A stretch of 64,000 nucleotides of DNA from Curvularia clavata (lineage: Eukaryota), in NCBI GenBank assembly GCA_023920165.1, contig CP089280.1, positions 2,666,001 through 2,730,000 of the forward strand, written 5' to 3'. Made by a program: the position numbers and the translations under genes. Below the pieces are notes generated by a model. The model had not been told where the DNA came from. It ran no database searches and saw nothing but the letters and a program-made list of their open reading frames with translations. How positions within the stretch are numbered: the first letter of the stretch is position 1; every line of letters begins with the position of its first letter. This document shows, in pieces, positions 60,780 to 64,000 of this stretch.

Positions 60780-62006
60780 ATTATTAGAGATATACTTAGA
60801 CAGCCAGCACTACTTAGACTTCTCTTCTTCAGCCTCTTCATCTTAATCCTCAGCCTCCTCTACCTTAGTACTATCAGCCCCCTCTAGAGCCAAAAAGCTA
60901 TCGTCACTACTATAGCCATCCTCATCCTCGTCTATAATCTCATCCTCGTCATCAACCTCTTCTTCACACTCATTACTATTATAGCCCTCAATATATAGCT
61001 TATTATCCTCAAAACGCGTATCTAGATCAAACTAGTTAAAAATAAAAATAGACTCTTCTTATCTATACTAGTTAGTCCTTAAATATAATAATAAACTATA
61101 ATAAACTTACTACTAGAAACTATCTATAGCAAGTTCTTTTTTCTTAGAAGAAAGATTCTCGCAAAACTTAAGCCACTCATCTCGTACTTACTCGCTCTCA
61201 AAGGCGTTATTATTTAGCTTAGCCAATCCTCAAAGATATTCTTTGCGTATAAGTAAGTCAACAACCCCCTTTCGACCATAGAAACGAGCAGAAACGCGTA
61301 ACCCCTTAGTAGAGGTATCAGACGAGGCGTCGCTAGAGGTAGTCTAGAGAATAAGCTAATGCCGTCTTTTGTCGATCTCATTCTAGATCTTAGACCATTT
61401 CGCGTACACAGCTTAGAAAGCAAACGCCATCCAATTAGCTAATAACTATTAGTAGATATCTATAATAAAAGACTATAATAACTTACCACTTCGCTTTTCT
61501 TTAAAGCGCTTAGATTTATACTCCTCAAGATAGCTCTTTATAATCCTATTCTTCTTATCCTCTCCGGCAGTCTTATACCATTCTTTCTCTTTAAGTAACT
61601 TAAGAAATTTCGCCCAAGCAGCGCAGTCAGCATCTTTAGCGCGTTGGAGAGCGGCTTCTTCCTCAGTACGTGACGCGGCGAGATCTCTCTATGCAATAGC
61701 TTGAGCTATATTACTAAGCTGACCTTGATATTAGACTCGCAGACTAGTTGGACAACCTTTTTAGAAACCTCCAGATCTATATTGCGCAATAATAAAATTA
61801 ATCTCATCTTACTCATTTTTAAAGCCCTACTAACGTTAGTATTTATTATAATAATAGACTAGAATTATTACTTTAGTAAGATCTACCCACTCCTACTTAG
61901 TAAAGTTCTTAGGTATTTGGGCAACGCGTGGAGGTGCTAGACCCTCAGATACGTCGCCATCAGCCTCTATTATAGACTCGCGCTTGATTTCTAGCGTACG
62001 CGGCAT
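60780..62006 (-). pseudogene. RIP-degraded multi-exon cargo gene with a strongly acidic C-terminal tract; unknown function
   Basis: ATG 62006 MPRTLEIKRES..; helical middle (..AAWAKFLKLLKEKEWYK..); tail ECEEEVDDEDEIIDEDEDGYSSDD..EEAED.DEEAEEE. GT-AG introns. 3' end is approximate. Confidence 0.65.
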
Positions 62007-62530
62007 TGTTAACTATAATAAAGTACTAATATAACGTCTAGTATAGTAAAAATAGGGAGAGAGAGGATGGTTACTAAGAGAGAGTAGGAAGTTTAGTAAT
62101 AGTCTACCTATTAAGGTAATTAGGGGTCCGTGCGCCCTAGATTTCGCGCTAGCGTTAGGCTAGCAAACAATATCTTTCATACAGCCAATATCTTAGATAA
62201 TAAAAGTTAGAGCGCTTTAATTTTAGTCTTATTTGAAAGCCCTAGAGTAGCTCTATCTAATAAGCCAGTTATCACAGTATTTAATCACTGCTTCGTTAAG
62301 TTATAGCGATTTCTTGCTAACTATCTTATAGACCCTTAGCAAGACCCTGGGTAATCCGTGTACTCACCTTCACCTTCACCTTCACCTACTCATATATCCC
62401 TAAAATTCTCAACTACTCTATAGCTAAGTATTTATCCACCAATCCTCTTAATCTAAATCTAACTTTCCCAGCCCAACGCCAAATTTCTCAACTCAACCCT
62501 ACTAGTTATCACAGAGATTTATCACGTACT

Positions 62531-63499
62531 ATGTTAGCAGTAGACGAGGTAGGGGGGCCAGACGATAAGTCGTTTGAGGAGATGGCAGAACGGTTAAATA
62601 TACTCCCGTCGCCTAAAAGACAGATATCTCAGCTGCTGTCACCTCGCAAATCAGAAGCTCTTAAAGACGAATTTGAGGTTTTAGGAGCTCAGATAACTAG
62701 CAATCCTACTTTTTCTACTAAAAGTAGCTAACCAAATCTATAAGTTTATCACAGTAATTTATCACAGAAAATAGCTAACAAATACTAGAACTACTACTTA
62801 CAATTATCCCTCCCCGCCCCATATCTCGACTAGTGGCTATCTTGCATCTTTTGCGTACGTTTATCACGGTAATTTATTACAAGTAATAGCTAACTAATAG
62901 TAGGACTGGCACTATATTCCATAGTATAGGTAGCAAAACCGCTCGTAAGCAGCCAGTCAATCATAGGCCGCCCACGCCTAAGCCCGACAATAAAAATCAA
63001 GAGTCGGAAAGCAGCAAAGAAGACAAGTCCGGCCCTCCTACACCGCCCAGTGCTCAACCATCTACGTCTGGCGCCTCTAAGAGGCGCAGGTTTAAGCCTA
63101 GCAGTAAGTTTATCACAGTTATTTATCACAGCAAGCGACTAATAATTACTAGCTATTACACTAAAAGAGATCAAAAGATTCCAGAAGTCTACTAATCTAC
63201 TCATTCCAAAGACTCGATTTATAAAACTTATTAAAAAGATTATAGAAGACGTATATCCGCAACACCCTCTACGTATCCAAAAAGAGACGTTGGAAGGTCT
63301 TCAAGAGGCTACTAAGTATTTCTTAGTTAGATTTCTTAAAGATATATTATATTATCACAGATATTAATCACAGCTACTAACAGATCTAGAATATAACATA
63401 AACGCTATCCATACTAAGAGAGTTACTATTCAGAAGAAGGATGGGGATCTTGTCAAGCACTATCTTAACAGGCTTGGCATAGGTGGTATTAAGTACTGA
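62531..63499 (+). pseudogene. Histone H3-like cargo gene (5 exons, RIP-damaged)
   Basis: Exons 62901-63103, 63153-63341 and 63390-63499 give ..GSKTARKQP..KRRRFKPSTITLKEIKRFQKSTNLLIPK..LRIQKETLEGLQEATKYFLVRFLKEYNINAIHTKRVTIQKKD, which aligns with the H3 histone fold. Two donors are mutated GT>AT. Confidence 0.9.
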
Positions 63500-63709
63500 G
63501 GGCTTTCATAATAGAGTATTAAGTACTAATAGCTTTTATAATTAAAAGATAGCCATAATTAAAAACTAGCTATATACTAGAAGTCAAATAAAAGTTTTAT
63601 AAGTTCTTAATTTTTAATTTACTACTATAATAATTATGCATAATAAGTCTTTAATATATACAGAGTATATATATATCTAATAACTAAGACCCAGCATAAC
63701 CTAGTACTA

Positions 63710-63970
63710 AGCAACCCAGCCCTACCCCAGCCCGCTTATTAAGCAACCCAGCCCTACCCCTACCCAACTCTTGACTAACCCAGCCCTGCCCCTACCCAAC
63801 TTAAATGCCAAGAGTTGGGTAGAAGCAGGGCTAGGTTGCCTAATAAGCGGGCTGGGGTAGGGCTAGGTTAGCCAAGAGTTGGGTAGGGGCAGGGCTGGGT
63901 TGCTTAGTCATCTAACCCAGCCCTACCCCTACCCAACTCTTAGCAGCCCTGCCCCAGCCCTGCCCCAGCC
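63710..63970. repeat. hAT right subterminal repeats (cccagccctacccc) in both orientations
   Basis: Reverse complements of the left array, with an internal inverted block at ~63810-63905. Confidence 0.9.
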
Positions 63971-64000
63971 CATTTACCAGTCTAGTCAAGACTATAATCG

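Larger units (their letters stand above)
47316..63984 (-). mobile_element. hAT DNA transposon (~6.4 kb net, 16.7 kb with the nested Copia) carrying cargo genes
   Basis: 16-bp TIRs tagactggtaaatggg / cccatttaccagtcta. Perfect 8-bp TSD GTCAAGAC (47308-47315, 63985-63992). Decayed hAT transposase inside. Confidence 0.95.

Noticed and set aside
62531..63499. Calling the H3-like gene the host CenH3 or canonical H3
   Set aside because: It lies within a TIR/TSD-bounded element and is RIP-damaged; orthology cannot be assigned without a phylogeny.
1..64000. Starship giant element
   Set aside because: No tyrosine-recombinase captain or boundary is recognisable in this window.

Overview
This is a filamentous ascomycete (fungal) accessory region: spliceosomal introns are present, and RIP-type C>T/G>A decay is visible in old repeats. 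Host genes: (i) a Zn2Cys6 transcription factor / ATP-grasp ligase / POT peptide transporter trio (1-6668); (ii) a large secreted protein and two small Cys-rich effector-like proteins (19.6-30 kb); (iii) an aldo-keto reductase / TIGR04076-like / amino-acid permease trio, whose permease carries a nonsense codon. Roughly half the window is transposons: RIP-degraded and intact pogo/Fot1 elements, a hAT-type MITE, four solo LTRs, two chromodomain Gypsy elements, and a 16.7-kb hAT element (8-bp TSD) containing a tandem three-LTR Copia. Most notable: both Gypsy elements carry an antisense accessory gene encoding a Zn2Cys6-like domain plus coiled coil. In the intact element it has three introns, and the element is studded with a ~10-bp-periodic TTGGNCCAA-like motif. 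The hAT element carries a divergent histone H3-like gene, a head-to-head acidic-tail gene, and six paired TTATCACAG motifs confined to introns and non-coding DNA. All calls were made by eye from the sequence; no database searches were run.
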